Assembly: GCA_031316235.1 (NCBI GenBank)
Contig: JALDRA010000001.1
Location: forward strand, 3,000,001-3,032,000
DNA length: 32,000 nt
Source of the DNA: Candidatus Scalindua sp.
Lineage (GTDB): Bacteria; Planctomycetota; Brocadiia; Brocadiales; Scalinduaceae
Direction: 5' to 3'
The position numbers were made by a program, and so were the translations under genes. How positions within the stretch are numbered: position 1 is the first letter of the stretch; each line of letters starts with the position of its first letter. Below the pieces are notes generated by a model, which did no database searches, had not been told where the DNA came from, and saw nothing but the letters and a program-made list of their open reading frames with translations. Positions 30,437 to 32,000 of the stretch are shown here, piece by piece.

Positions 30437-32000
30437 ATGTTTGATAAATTTACGGACAGAGCACGAAAAGTAATGGCACTTGCAAGGGAGGAAGCTAAAA
30501 GGTTTAACCATGAGTATATCGGAACCGAGCATATTTTACTTGGTCTGGTTAAAGAGGGTAGCGGTGTTGCTGCAAATGTCTTGCAAAATTTAGATATCGA
30601 TCTGAAAAAGATTCGTCTTGAAGTAGAGAAGATTGTGCAATCTGGTCCCGATCTTGTTTCAGTCGGTCAGTTGCCGTTTACCCAGAGAGTAAAGAAAGTT
30701 CTCGAATATGCCATGGAAGAGGCAAAGGCTATGGGGCATAATTACATTGGAACGGAACATCAGCTTCTTGGTTTGCTGAGAGAACATGAAGGAGTTGCAG
30801 CACAGGTATTGTTGAATTTGGGTGCTAAATTGGAAGATGTAAGAGAGGAAGTGATTGAACTTCTGGGTGCAACATCAGCGCAAGGTGCAAAGGATAAGGG
30901 GGACAAAAGAGGTAAATCAAAAACCCCGGCTCTCGATTCCTTTGGGCGTGATTTAACGTTGCAGGCCAGGGAACAATCATTAGATCCTGTGATTGGAAGG
31001 CAGGCTATTATCGAAAGGCTCATTCAGGTCCTCAGTCGCCGTACAAAGAATAATCCCGTCTTATTAGGAGAAGCGGGAGTAGGGAAAACGGCTATCGTGG
31101 AGGGCCTGGCACAAGCTGTGGTCAGCGGTGGAGTTCCCGAGCTGTTGCGTGATAAAAGGATAGTAGCGCTAGATCTTGCAATGATGGTAGCTGGCACAAA
31201 ATATCGAGGTCAATTTGAAGAAAGAATTAAAGCGGTAATGACAGAGGTTCGCAGGGTAAAGAATGTAATTCTTTTTATTGATGAATTGCATACCCTGGTA
31301 GGTGCGGGTGGCGCAGAAGGTGCGATAGATGCTTCCAACGTTCTTAAACCGGCGCTTTCTCGGGGAGAAATACAATGCATAGGTGCTACGACTCTTGATG
31401 AATTTAGAAAATATATAGAAAAAGATGGTGCCCTTGAGAGAAGATTTCAGACGATTTTAGTTGATCAGCCTTCAAAGGAGGAAACGGTTGAAATTCTTAA
31501 AGGGCTAAAAGGAAGGTATGAATCTCATCACAGGGTCCAGATAACAGATGGTGCCATAATGGCTGCGACGGACCTTGCAGTACGGTACATTACCGGCAGA
31601 TATCTTCCTGATAAAGCTATAGACGTTATCGATGAGGCAGGTGCCCGTGTCAGGTTAAAAGCGACAACCCATCCTCCGGATTTAAGGTATATCGAGGAGG
31701 AGATAGAGAAGCTTAACAAGGAGAAAGACGAGTCTGTTGCATTGCAAGATTTTGAAAGAGCAGCAAAACTGCGAGACAAAGCAGACAAATTGAAAAAGAA
31801 AAAGGTGAACATTGAAAAAGAGTGGCGTGAGAAACATTCAGAAATTGAAGGTATAGTAGATGAGGATGTTGTAACTGAAGTTGTTTCAACTATGACTGGA
31901 ATACCACTAACACGAATGGAGGAAGAGGAAGCTGAGAAATTACTTGATCTTGAAAATGTTCTCCGCAGAACGGTTGTAGCCCAGGAGGAAGCGATTAGTG
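30437..32000 (+). CDS. clpC: ATP-dependent Clp protease ATP-binding subunit ClpC; 3' end runs off the window
   Basis: My own translation from the ATG at 30437 gives [49 protein letters not shown]. This is the double Clp_N repeat. It continues with Walker A ([13 protein letters not shown]), Walker B (ILFIDELH) and the middle-domain UVR motif ([21 protein letters not shown]). The gene is absent from the ORF track because it has no stop codon in the window. Confidence 0.93.
   Translation, partial: MFDKFTDRARKVMALAREEAKRFNHEYIGTEHILLGLVKEGSGVAANVLQNLDIDLKKIRLEVEKIVQSGPDLVSVGQLPFTQRVKKVLEYAMEEAKAMGHNYIGTEHQLLGLLREHEGVAAQVLLNLGAKLEDVREEVIELLGATSAQGAKDKGDKRGKSKTPALDSFGRDLTLQAREQSLDPVIGRQAIIERLIQVLSRRTKNNPVLLGEAGVGKTAIVEGLAQAVVSGGVPELLRDKRIVALDLAMMVAGTKYRGQFEERIKAVMTEVRRVKNVILFIDELHTLVGAGGAEGAIDASNVLKPALSRGEIQCIGATTLDEFRKYIEKDGALERRFQTILVDQPSKEETVEILKGLKGRYESHHRVQITDGAIMAATDLAVRYITGRYLPDKAIDVIDEAGARVRLKATTHPPDLRYIEEEIEKLNKEKDESVALQDFERAAKLRDKADKLKKKKVNIEKEWREKHSEIEGIVDEDVVTEVVSTMTGIPLTRMEEEEAEKLLDLENVLRRTVVAQEEAIS

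Noticed and set aside
1-32000. Window-wide scan for tRNA, rRNA, tmRNA, RNase P or SRP RNA signatures, CRISPR repeats, integrase or transposase genes, and toxin-antitoxin or defence gene pairs
   Set aside because: I found none by eye. The absence of short ncRNAs cannot be proven without running covariance-model searches.

Overview
This is a 32-kb chromosomal window from a low-GC (about 40%) bacterium. It is probably diderm, because it carries a TonB-dependent receptor remnant and many signal-peptide proteins. The taxon cannot be fixed from the sequence alone.

Most of the window is housekeeping and signalling genes. In order they are: trpF (partial), a CDF metal exporter, a DEAD-box helicase, a CapD/PglF-type sugar dehydratase, an ABC-F ATPase, DUF1566 and DUF1015 proteins, a SAM-I riboswitch ahead of a ThrC-like enzyme and a CysO/MoaD-like sulfur carrier, nnrE, a small zinc-ribbon protein, two CheY-like receivers, a HAMP-PAS protein, two orphan periplasmic binding proteins with a histidine kinase, serA, queD, an HPS-RraA fusion, and mcsA-mcsB-clpC (partial). 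I found no rRNA, tRNA, CRISPR array, intact IS element or recognisable defence island.

Five observations go beyond routine annotation:
1. A roughly 113-nt, highly structured MITE/REP-like repeat is present in six intergenic copies. Different copies carry different Watson-Crick pairs at the same stem position, and their G-T wobbles are tolerated on one strand only.
2. A complete tandem MshEN-type c-di-GMP-binding motif (24 + 5 + 24 residues) is inserted in the linker of the CapD/PglF-like dehydratase.
3. The SAM riboswitch controls a ThrC homologue and a CysO-like carrier whose GG terminus is masked. This points to a protein-thiocarboxylate route to homocysteine.
4. Coordinates 16.7-20.2 kb form a decay zone. 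It holds methyltransferase fragments, a sensor kinase truncated at its H-box, and a TonB-dependent receptor with a large internal deletion.
5. Smaller oddities include a G9 tract, an orphan terminator and an attenuator-like four-segment inverted repeat.

All functional calls come from reading motifs in the translations. No database search was run.
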